Of a stretch of DNA of 64,000 nt, positions 39,230 through 51,082 are shown one piece after another. Source of the stretch: Magallana gigas (lineage: Eukaryota). Made by a program: the position numbers and the translations under genes. The DNA lies in NCBI RefSeq assembly GCF_963853765.1, contig NC_088853.1, positions 65,906,001-65,970,000 on the forward strand, read 5' to 3'. Each line of letters starts with the position of its first letter. The stretch's first letter is position 1. The notes beneath the pieces were generated by a model that made no database searches, had not been told where the DNA came from, and was given only the letters and a program-made list of their open reading frames with translations.

Positions 39230-40700
39230 TTTGAAATCACATCTCGAGAGAGAGCGTCCGAATTAAGATGCCTTTTGCCCGGCCGGTGGATGATTGTCAT
39301 GTCATACTGACTGAGTTCCATAACCCGGTCCCCCCATTGCTCTAAACTCTCATCGGACCCCTTGGTCATGGCGTTAAACTCTACCTGAGAGGCAGCTTGA
39401 AGTGTGCCCTTCCCAAACCGCTGCTCAAAGCGCAAAGCTAATTCCCAAAAGCTCATTTCTTCCCCCCCCCCCTGCGAGGAGAGGATATGAAAGTACTTTA
39501 ACGCAGAGCCTCCAACTGACACACTTAGGGCCAACAAACTGTCGTCATCTGTCCACCCGTAGTACCTCGCTAAGGTTCGGAACTTGGCGTAAAAGAACCC
39601 CCAATCTAAACTACCATTGTCCCGTAGACTTTTGGTCTCGGCTGAGATGTTTCGCCCTGACCGCCCCCAACTACTGCTGGAGGTTGAGACGCTTCTCTCC
39701 GGCCTTCCTGGGGTCCCCAATGACATGTTCTCCCTAACTAATGGGTAAGCAGACCTAACTTGACTATCAACTGTGACACTCCGTGGTGCCGGAGTACTGA
39801 AAGTGACAATGTACCCCTGCCCCAGGGATGAGTGCGAGTGGCTATTGGTTCCAGAGGGCTCTGAACAAGAATGCATACCCCCCCCCCCCCCTGTGAGATG
39901 ACAGATTCTCCATACCCATACCCACTTGGCTCAACACCTGGCCGCTGCCCCTCAACCTGCCCCTGCCCAGGAGAACCACCCCCATGAGGGCCACCCTCCC
40001 CCATGCTACCTGGTGTCGCCCGGGCAGTGCCCACAGTGTTTTCAGCCCTGGGAACGCTAGTATCCACTGGGGGTGCCCAGTGTCTACACTCCCCTGGCTC
40101 ACAGACCGCGAGCTCACTCCTGCCTCTGGCAGCAGGTTCTATTGTGCTTTATCCCTCGGACTTGATCCCTGAGAGCGAGTTCCCCCCAAGGACCCTGACA
40201 TCCCCACCAACAGTTGCGTAATCTGGGCTAACTGGGATTCTATAGCTCCAACCCGTGCCTGCAATTCAGACACAACTTGGTCCCCCCGGGCAGACTCTCT
40301 TGCTTTAGGTCTGGCCATAATTACAGGGTCCCTTTGTCCTGCTCCAACATTACCCTGTTCTCCCTCAGCTGTCCCAAATACATTTGCTTCCCTTACAGCC
40401 CCACCTCTGTTCACCTCCCTAGTAAGGGACACGTCTACTTCCCCTACCACAGTGCTATCCTCAACTGTCCGGGCCTGAGGAGTACTGTAAACCGGTGGCC
40501 TAAATGGGGTCACAAATCCGAACAGCTGGTCAAATCTGTCAGGTACAGGGCCCCCCATGGCATCCATATCCCTTCCCTGGGCCCCAGCTTAGCCAGCCGG
40601 CTTAGCTCCTTGCCCCCCGGGACACCCATGCCACTCCTTTTCCAGGAACCGCCCCTACCTAACCCAATTTTCCCCCACAACCAATATCAACAAATGTATG
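39230..40700 (-). mobile_element. Internally deleted Ty3/Gypsy retrotransposon: frameshifted gag fused to the last residues of RNase H
   Basis: GC-rich island. Gag-like KSLRDNGSLDWGFFYAKFRTLARYYGW...FEQRFG...ESLEQWGDRVMEL is joined directly to the Gypsy RNase H C-terminal motif LSQYDMTIIHRPGKRHLNSDALSR. Upstream gag pieces (40139-40567, 39738-40117) are split at poly-G runs. Confidence 0.8.
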
Positions 40701-43700
40701 ATTCACAGCTTCACAGCTAGTCACCGCTGTTGCCTAGCACGGCTATTTACATAAGCAAAAATACAATTTAACTTTACAAAAAATTAAACATTTCATATAA
40801 TTTACAGAAGTAAACACATGGCCGAACCCCGCGGTGTCCCTTAGGCACAAGCCATAGGTGCAACAAACCAACAAATCAATTATGTATAAAATAATATGTT
40901 CTGGTGATTAAAGACAATGACTTACACTATCTGATTATCTCTGGTGGCTGCGCGTGGCGAACTCCACGATGTTCCCAGAAAACGACAAAAACCTGCGAAC
41001 TCAGGACGTCGAGCCCGACACAAAAACAAAAAAAGAAATACCTCCCCCCCCCCCCCCCAACACACTACAACACCTCGAGTACACCTGTTCAGACGTCCAA
41101 ATATACACAGTTAGTTGTAAATTACAATGGCACCTAACAAGAAAGACAATAACACCTCTTGTGTATAGAACCCAGATGAAAGGCAATGTTGTGTATTTGA
41201 TCAGCTTCCGTACACGTGTATCGCACGAGTGATTTTTGTTCATGTGAATCATGACGTCATTACCAGCTATGCGGGAAATAAAGTTGAAAGTTGCTGTTAT
41301 TTTATGAAATGCAGGTAAATTTTTAGTACACGTACAATGCTTGAATATAATTTAAAAGAGTGTGTACATGTATGTATCTATAATCTATAATATTAAAGTG
41401 ATTTTTTTTGTTTATTTATTGCTACATTAATAGCTGAAGTACTAATCATACAAGTCACCGGTAATATGGGGTTATTTACTACAGCACATCCACATGTATT
41501 TAAAAATAACATGACCTGAAATATTTTCATTTCTCATTTTTAATTGGTTTAAAGTAAAGCTCTAAATTAATTAATAAATCAGAAAGTGTTTTCAGATAAC
41601 AGAAAATAAGACGTTTAAGCTCCACACATTTTAATAGGACCGTCAGTTACAACATCACGTGTTTAGAAAAAAAAACCGATGAATTAAATTGATTTGCATT
41701 TTGATTATATATCAATTGACTAATACATATACTTGGTGAATTTATTTCAATTTATTAAACAACAAATGAATTAAAAGGTACCCATTTACGTCGAGTTTTC
41801 AGATCACCAAAAATTAACTTTACTTTGAAAGCCCCTACAATTTCCAGGGTCCGTGCAACTTAAGTCGACTTTTTTTTTTTAAATATGAAAAGGATATATA
41901 TGTTTCAACCCTTTTTTAGCCATTATTTATTTATTTCTAAACATACACTATTTCAATCAACGTCTCAGAAAAACGATATCCACGGAGTTACATGGGCGGC
42001 CACGGTGCGACACGGTGTTTTTTATTGAATTTTCCAATACACATACACTGTGTCACACCGTGTACACGGTGCGACACATACCGTTTTCCACCGTGTTTTT
42101 TACAAGGTGGGTGTCGGGATACTCGTGACCTGAACTGTATCTTTGTTGAAATATTAAGAACTTTACAATAAGTGTTAAACATTTTTAGAGTGGTATAGAC
42201 TAATTTTGTCCCTGTCTACATGCAACTGTATCTATGAGCTGCATATGTACTTCCCTTAAACCAAACCCTTTCTCAGTCATTTACCTATTTTCGTCCCTAT
42301 CAGCTAGGCGTTCCTCTCTATCACAAGCTTAGCTTACTATCGTAAGTTTCTATTCATCTTTTCTCTCTGTTCTCGCTGCCTTTATCCAGGTTCTAGCAGC
42401 ATCTCTCTCAGCCTATATCATGAGCCAAGCTTACTACAGTATGACCCCTCTCATCTGTTTTCAGTGTTCTCGCTGTTTAAGTCCTAATAGTATTTCTTTC
42501 AGCAAGCATTGCCCCCTGCTCGAATTATTCCGCACCTTAATTATTGACGCTATTTTTGATATGTTTGGTCATCCATTCTGGCATTTGCGACGTTGTGAAA
42601 AAAATTACACTCAAACATACACAAACAAAATGTGATAAAAAAAAGAATTAACATTCCTCGGTAGGAAAAAAATGTTGACTTATACAAGCCCAATGTATTA
42701 AAACACTGCAGCTGCCATGATGAGGCTGTGAGGGCGTGTGCTTTACACCCCGATTGACTAAAGAGGCTGTCCAAGCAAAATTCAGGCAGGGCTTTGCACA
42801 TGCTATGTATTCGATTTCAATAAATTTTTGTGTATCACTTCATTTTAACATGATTGTAATACATGTGAAAGAAAAAGTTCATTGTATGCCTAACTAGGCA
42901 GAAAAATGTCTATCTCTGAATTTGGAACATGTTTAGTGCAAAAAGGTCACAGAAGTTGTAAAAATAATGTGAAGTTTGATAAGTTGTAAAACTACTTAAT
43001 TCTATTAAACCTTTTTTAAAATTATATAATTTAGTTTAAACACCCTCAACTCTTTAACTTAGACTGCTTTTAAAGTATAAATATATTTCAAACAAAAAAA
43101 TATGCCTTATTAAAGTTGATGCATATTTTGTAAACAAAAATTCTGGTATTTTAATGTTAATTTGAAATTTCAATAAAATTCAATACATTTTCATGAAAGG
43201 AAAAAATGAGGCATCTTTATAAACCTGAGAAATGAAATTTTGAGAAACAAAAATAATTTCAGTGGGAACAGCGTCAGTCTCATAGAGGCACAAAATTACA
43301 CATTTTTAACATCGAAAATGAAGTTTTTCCATGCATAACGTGTTATTATTATTGTTAAATGACAGTAAATGACAGAGTTAATGTCACAAACATTGACTAT
43401 AATTTAATACATGCTTATATCTTTGTAATAGGAAATGCTTTATGACGAAAGAAATAATGATCACTCATCAAAAACCAACATTTTTCATAATTTTAGGTGC
43501 AAAAAGGTCATTTTGACAAAAATGTTGAAAACTGAGTTTAAGTCTGCTAAAAGTATTCACAACTGAAGAAAATTAGCTGAACATTTCACTATTTGGATGG
43601 TCTAATATACATTCAAATTATTTTAAGAGTTTTCAGTATTTCATGAAGTACATAAATTTGAGAATAAGGATTCAAAATGTGTTAATCACTGATTAATGAA

Positions 43701-44999
43701 TAATAATTAATGCAGTGTAAACCTGTATGTATTTTTCAAATTCAATGTATTTGTGTGTTTTCAATAAGTATTAACTAATATTTTCTTCTTAAACTGGTAA
43801 TAAACTTGGTGGGATAATAATATTGAAGCGGTATTGGCTTAAATAAAGAAGTTTTTTTTTTTTTTTCAAATTGTGCGAAAAGGTCAAATCCAATTTATCA
43901 TTGGTACAACTGAATTTGAGGGGTTTTTGTTGTCGTTTTTTTAAACAAAACAATAATAACAATTTCATAATGTACAAATACACATAAATATATCAAATCA
44001 TTTCTTCTTAGTAGTAACATTTGAATTCGTTATTATCTCTATATTAGTGCCATTAGCAACTTGTTCAATCCAAAGTTTCAAAATGAATGCATACAACTGT
44101 TTTGGAGTGAGAACTATATAAGAAATGTGACCTCTACTTTCAGTCGGGTAGCTTTTGGAAATTCTAGGCAGGTGTTTAACTTTTAGGTAAAAATTAACAT
44201 AAACAGACTGGTATACAACAATTATTTAGTCAGACTAAGTCCACAATGAATCTAGCAGAAACGTCAGACATCACAACCCCCCCCCCCCCCATTTTTGGAT
44301 CCCCCATACTAATCCATTTTATAATCCATGTATGATGAGCAGCTAAAATATACATGGGACAGTATGCTTTGAAACAACCCCCCCCCCTTTAAACCCTATT
44401 CCCAAATCAAATCCATTGTCATATAAGAATCAGTGTGCCTCTTTTAAACCGTATTTTCCTCTTTTTAAAAATGTATTTCTAAATTACTCAGCTGACTAAC
44501 TTTCAAGCATGTTGTACATATTTGAATAAATAAGCAGTGCATAAGAGTGAAAGAATACATTTCATTTACATGTATCAATGCTATGTTTGGACAATTTACT
44601 TGGACAGTGTTATTTTATAATATTGCTAATGCTAAGTGATGTCATTACATGTATTTGCATGTTAACAGTGGATACTGTTGTACTAATTAATATATTTAAT
44701 TATATTTAGTTATTTACTCAAGATATTGAAATCTCTTAACATACAAATTAACTAGGCTAGTAGTATAAGTTACTTTCATAGTATGACAAACAACCATAAT
44801 AGATGAAGATATCAAACTAACAATAACATTAAAATTAAATTAGTTATAATCTAAGAAAGTGTGCAGTAGCAATTTGGAATAAATAAACAAAGAATAAACT
44901 CATGCAAGATAACAATTTACCGGTAACAATTTATTGAGCATTAAAATGCTAAATGATAACATGTACATACAGTGCATGATGCATGAAGACAAGTTCATT

Positions 45000-45004
<5 letters not shown>

Positions 45005-45062
<58 letters not shown>
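45005..45062. repeat. (CT)n microsatellite
   Basis: Direct reading. Confidence 0.95.
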
Positions 45063-45064
<2 letters not shown>

Positions 45065-45938
45065 GTGGTCAATCTGACAAACTTCAAAGCATCTTATTTT
45101 AGTCTTGTTTGCATCCTTTATTCATTGAAGAAAAATGTGCAGTGTGCAGATGATTAAATTGAGGAAAACAAATTCCAAGTGATATATTCTGGAAATTCAA
45201 CCACTCCTTAGGAAAACATTGGTTAATTTAAATGAATGTGGCCATTTATATAATGACTTGCAAATCAAGTTAGTTTCTCTGCCATCTAAATATATCCTTT
45301 CAAATTACTGCTTCACATAATCCCTGAACCCCCTTCTTGATCTTCTTTCATATTCGGCACACTTTCACTGTTTCATATGCAGGAATATCATTTTTACCCA
45401 TGATATTAGATGCTGTAAAAGTCATCCAGATCCATCATGCCAAGCAACTTGATGGGTTTTTTTTTCTTTCAACAATCTTGTAGGTTTTTTTTATATTTTA
45501 TCCAAGTTTAAATATAGAAGGACAGTATTTTCCAGAAGAATTTTTCATTTGCACTTCTCTAAAAAAAAATAAAAATAGAGAAACACATAATAAAACAAAT
45601 TCATGTACCTTCAAGTGTTTTAACATGTTTAAAAGATCTTAAAATTGATAATAAATATTGTGGAACACATACAGAGATTCCATTTCATATTCTGATTATC
45701 ATTAGCAAAACTAATATCATACTGTTGTGTGAAATTGTTTATTTACATTTCTTGTCACATGTCAGATATGTACTCCTACCGACAATTTTCCAACATTAAC
45801 CACGTGAAACACTCTATGATTATTGTTGTACTTTCTTTTTACAAAGATTTATTCATGGTATGTGAATGCAATTAATACAAATTAAATGTGCAAGTAAACA
45901 TCTGATATTAAATAATATAAATGTAAGAATGCTCTCTG

Positions 45939-45941
<3 letters not shown>

Positions 45942-45998
<57 letters not shown>
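45942..45998. repeat. (CT)n microsatellite
   Basis: Direct reading. Confidence 0.95.
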
Positions 45999-46001
<3 letters not shown>

Positions 46002-48609
46002 GCATATTATTTACCTGACCCCTCTTGAACTACCCATTTGACAAGAAATAACATTCCTCTGTCGTCATCAGGTGAACACCTCTTGCTTTTTTTGGGGGGA
46101 GTGGATGTGTACATTAATGTACCCATAGCTGCATAATTTGTTGGCTGACTTGTTGAAATTCGTCTGGTAACAGTAATTCATCTCAGTTTCAATAAAAGGT
46201 TCGGATGCTTACTATTATTGGCGATCTGAATTAACTTCCAATGATATTTGAGATCGAGACAACATCACCAAAACACCGAAAAACAATCACTTCTGGCAGC
46301 ATGCTGTGCACAGACGTTAGCGGCGGCCATCTTTGTTTACATTGGTTTTGAAAATATACCCGCACTGAATATTTTTTAAAATATATTTCAGCGTTAAAAA
46401 AAATTGTGTCTCTCATAAACAATTAAGCTGATTTTATATGAATTATTTATAGTTGAAAATTTATTGCTTTTATTTTTTTTCTTAAGTTTTTAAGCCTCCA
46501 AATATTCATTTGGCAAGGGAGGTAACTGAAAATATCAAACATTACCAAAATATACTTGTCTACTATTTTTCAACGCAAGCTTTTCCCACTCATTTTATTT
46601 TATCAATAAAAAGTCACATTATTTTTCTCATTTATAAAAAATACAAACCCTCACCAATAACAATGTATTGGATTTTAAAGCTCACAGTTTGGTACATGGT
46701 TTCAATGATTTATATAAGAGAATGAAATGTATATCTTCCCGTCCGAATAACCACTTAAATTATTTTTTCAAACAAATCATCATTATTGTGGGTTAAAAGA
46801 GAATACAAAGAAACTATTTCAGAGGGAAAACAAAAAATTCGTGAAAATCGATGTGCGACGTTTTCTTATATATTCGCCTGATGTTTGCTTGGACAGCCTC
46901 TTAAACAAATCAAAGAGAGCTAACAATGAACATTTTAGAAACATGGAATATAAAAAAGTGAAAACAAACAAAGAGAAAATGAAACAACAGAAACGTAAAC
47001 CAACTAAATTATCAATTGATAAATGAGGAATAATAAACGAACGTAAAATTATTACATACAATATCCTTGGCTATCGTTGACTCGCACACGTCAAAACAGC
47101 AATGTTTATATAGCTTTAACAGTTAATAAACTTGAAATGGCTACACTGAAAACAATGAAATTCTGTGTTAAATTCAGCACATATTGACCCTTTGAAATTT
47201 AAAAGAAAAATTAATCAGTATTAAAAAGAACTATTTTTTTAACCAACCAAATATATCAGTGAACACCTGTACATGTATACTAGCCACACCATATTTTTCT
47301 AAATGACGATCAACCGTGCATGCCTAATATTACAAATTCAATATTGGAGATTAAATATTTAAATTGACCAATCAAATAACACATGTGACCACAGGTATCA
47401 AAGGAACATCAGCTTGTTTATATACACTTGCCTACAAATAAATGTTTCTTTGACTATGGTTAATGATCACAACTAAAAATTATTTCGCGCAGAACGAATA
47501 CAATAAAATGTGTAGGAATACAATGTACTTTGCATAATTATGTAAGTGATATTGCTCGCCTCGTGTGTACCATCCCCCCCCCACCCCATATACTCTTTTA
47601 CCCGGCGTGAACATGTGTATTTCACCATTAATACATGTGCGTTTGTGGAAGCTGGATGGAAAACAAATTAGTCATCCTTCCTAATTTTAATTGGTTAGGG
47701 AAACAGTTTCAGGAGTTTGTACACATAACTGCACGGGCTAGTACGGGCTATTGTGAATTTTAATGTACGGGGCTAACATACATCATTGCAGGCGCTGCCA
47801 CGCAGTGATGCGGAAATGTATTGCGTATACAGAAGCTGAAACGTTATATACATATACCTTTTCTATACAAACAGAAGCTGGGTTAGCGCTATTCAGTACT
47901 ATCAGTACTTTGATTAATTCTTAATATTGCATATACCGACTTGTGTATGCCCACTTGTCATAAATGTAAAGACGTTGTATGTGAGTTTACCATTACCATA
48001 GAGTGGACTTATGTCAAACTCTTGTTGAAGACATTCTCTTCATTTAAGATGTTTTATTCATTTTATTAACTCTTACACCTCACTTTTGATTTAGTTGACT
48101 CACTAGAATTGAAGGTTTACTCTATGACATTTGTCACTCGTGTTTGATCCAATCGCAGCGTTTAAAACAGGCGCTTGTAAAAAGAAAAAAAAAACTTTAG
48201 AAGAAACACATGTGAGTTATTTGGTAAAAAAACATTTGGTGCTTTTAACATGTTGAGGCACAAGTGTTTGAGTACAGTGTTTCCCTAACTATGGTCTTAA
48301 ACTATATAAATCTCTTTTTAAAACGATATATTTTACTGCATGGGATCATGTATTTAACATTTATTTACAAACTTGTCAAGGCTCGCATGATAGTATGGGA
48401 AATAAACATGGCGACTAAAGAAGTTGCCGTTAGTACATGCATGTCCATCTTCTAAAGTCAGTTTTAAGGGTTTCTGATCCACTCCGCTGTAAATAAACTC
48501 ATGGCCGAAAAGAAAATACCTATGCGTGCTAACGATAACGCCATCTAGAGAGAGTATTCATTTCTGATCTGTTGTGACCTTTTGTTCTGACCAATCAGTA
48601 ATTGCGTTC

Positions 48610-49530
48610 TGCGTTGTATTAAGAGTCATTCCAAGTGCAAAAGTATCAAACTTCATAAAACATAACACAAAAGAACGTGTTACATGTATTACACGCAAGC
48701 GCACAATATTCAATTGATTATAATAAACAAAATTTCACATTCAAGTGTATTTCACAGAAGTGCAATAAGAAAAGAATGCTAGACAAATAGTTTGGGCGGT
48801 GCGTTTTAAGAATACCAAGAAAAGTAAGTGTGATATTGGCGTTGTTCTTCCTACAGTGATTCTCAATGCAGGTACATAGCATCGTTTTTTAATGTTGGTG
48901 AGGGGCAAATTCATTCTAAAAAAAATTGACAAGCAAATCAAAAACCAAATAAAAAAGGAGTAAGTTTTAAGATCATGAAAATCATCCGCAGGGTTAAGGT
49001 GGGGTAGGGGGATTTGGGGGCAAGGGTGCAGAGCATCTCTTTAACTTCATATAACAATTATCTTGCTGTTAGTTTCCTTCTTTTCAATTCAATTTTATAC
49101 ATCCTCCCCCCCCCCCCCAAAAAAAGAAGAAGTTGGAGGCCGTTTCCATTTTAATCACTTTTTTACATCATAAATAAAACACAATGGTTGCTGCGAGAAA
49201 GAGCAGGGGGGGGTGTACAGGCCCTACTACCCCCCCCCCCCCCCCGATGCTCCGCACTTGCATTGAGATGATGCGAGTTGTTTATCTCTGAAAATCCATT
49301 TAACAGTTTTGTCCAGTGGCTCTGGTTATTTATTAAGCAGTTTAGAATAATGTAACGAAGATTTTTGGCGATTTGGTTCCATCTTCTTACAGGCTTTTTA
49401 CAAGGGAATCAATAAAAAGTACATAGATTGAATTATAATTTTCAACGAGAACAATTGGTTTATATAACATTTAAAAGACGGAAATAAACCGATACAAGCA
49501 CGCATTAAACAGATATTTACTGTAATCATC
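48610..49530 (+). mobile_element. Fourth copy of the ~0.9-kb interspersed repeat seen at 34-37.5 kb
   Basis: Colinear with 34050-34940, e.g. ttccaagtgcaaaagtatcaaacttcataaaacataacacaaa, ttttgtccagtggctctggttattt, and ccgatacaagcacg. Confidence 0.8.
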
Positions 49531-50565
49531 CTAAATTGCTCAATAAATCCATTTAATATTACCAAGCAAAAAAAGAAACCATTTAAACAGATTCAATTAA
49601 AGCTCTTACTAAACAAATATAAGCAAGAAATTGAGTCTGTGCTGTGTTTATATAGTGAATATTAGAGAACAAGGCACATCGTGGTAGTAATTTACAGTGA
49701 AATGATGAAACTTTTAATTTTTGTAATGAGAGTAAATAAAAAATGTTTTGGTCCATTTTTGTTCTAAGTGACAACATTCGAAAAGCAGTAGTCAGCATTT
49801 TTTATAGACGTTACATTTAGATACATTTTTATAAACAGCACTATTACAAATCGGTATTTCTTAGATTTTTTTCTAGATATGTTAAAAACAAATACAGTTA
49901 TACCCCATCACCAGAGCAGGATATAAAGTCAAAATCTGCAGAAGAGCAAGACTGTCATTAAAAAGAGAAAAGACAGACCTGTTGAAATATCAAATTTTAC
50001 ATTTCTTTGTGTTTTCGATTAAATTCACATTAGCATTACCTGAAACAATATGAATCAAAGTTATAATAAACATACAAAAGAAAAAAAAAGAAACACTCCA
50101 GACCCATACACTTCTTGCAGACATTTTTACATTGTACGCTACATTTGATTCCGTTATTTTTCTGATAATATTGACCCTTTGAAATTTAAAAGCTTTCTGT
50201 TGCTAACACACAGAAATAGAATTGCATGCATGTATCTTCACATACCGTGTCATTTAATATGGTAAAATTTATTAGTTATAGGAGAACATGAGGTCTGTTG
50301 CTACCTCATTTAACCTCCATTGGGAAACCTTTACTGCTCAATGGGGTTGCAGAAAAAAAAATGTGATTGATGTGTTAACTCGATTTATCCTTGTAATGTT
50401 CTTTATTGGCTCTTTTATTGGTTGCAAACATTGTTGTTGTTGCATAGTAACGTCACAGTGAATAGTGTTTATCCACCGGCATCAGCAATAAACACTTATC
50501 ATATTGCTATACATTGTCGTTTAGTTGAAGGGGAGGTACAGATGTCACTATGTTGATATTAGACA

Positions 50566-50582
50566 CATCTCATCTCATCTCA

Positions 50583-50623
<41 letters not shown>
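50566..50623. repeat. Compound (CATCT)n(CT)n(GT)n microsatellite ~460 bp upstream of gene C start
   Basis: Direct reading. Confidence 0.9.
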
Positions 50624-51082
50624 AACGCAACAGTATAAATTGTTCATCTTCAGGCATCACTAAACGCTAATCTTTTTAATGTATTTAGACATTTTGTTGA
50701 CGGAGAGATACATATATCACTGTGAATATGTGAGACTCCTTTCGTCTGCTTTAAGAGTATTGTTTGTACCTATCCCAGGTGATTATTTTTTTAATGATCA
50801 ACTGAAAATTTTAAAATTCGGTAAACATTGCGTTGTGTCTAAATTATTCAAAACTTTCACAATAATATGTTTTGATATTGATTTGCAATAACATGTGATT
50901 ATTAGCATCTTGTTTATGTTTCATATACTTCAAAAACACATTATATCATCATTACAAGTCTGCTGATAGAAACAAAAAAAAAAAAAAAACTTTTAAAAAA
51001 TGAAGTCTGACGGCAGTGAAATTAGTAATAGTGATTTTTCAGAGAGTGCAAAATTGTGAGAGCCGACATTCTTATCAAAACT

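Larger units (their letters stand above)
42762..46901. mobile_element. 4.14-kb TIR DNA element with TAA TSD (PIF/Harbinger-like), carrying a decayed minus-strand spliced gene but no recognisable transposase
   Basis: TAA-agaggctgtccaagcaaaattcaggc ... gcctgatgtttgcttggacagcctct-TAA: 26-bp TIR with 2 mismatches. Internal exon-like segments at 46225-46015 (..GMLFLVKWVVQEGSG, donor GTAAAA) and ~45560-45080 (..ASNIMGKNDIPA..) contain stops. Confidence 0.7.

Noticed and set aside
39402-40720. Plus-strand ORFs over the Gypsy region
   Set aside because: Antisense shadows of GC-rich gag sequence
40700-41260. 5' LTR and primer-binding site for the deleted Gypsy
   Set aside because: PBS-like strings (TGGTGGCTGC at ~40943, TGGCACCTAAC at ~41128) are on the wrong strand for the minus-strand gag, and no TG...CA boundaries or second LTR could be fixed
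9167-49240. Numerous poly-C/poly-G runs of 10-20 nt as G-quadruplex regulatory elements
   Set aside because: They occur throughout the repeats and intergenic DNA without positional pattern, and such runs are a common background feature of this kind of genome
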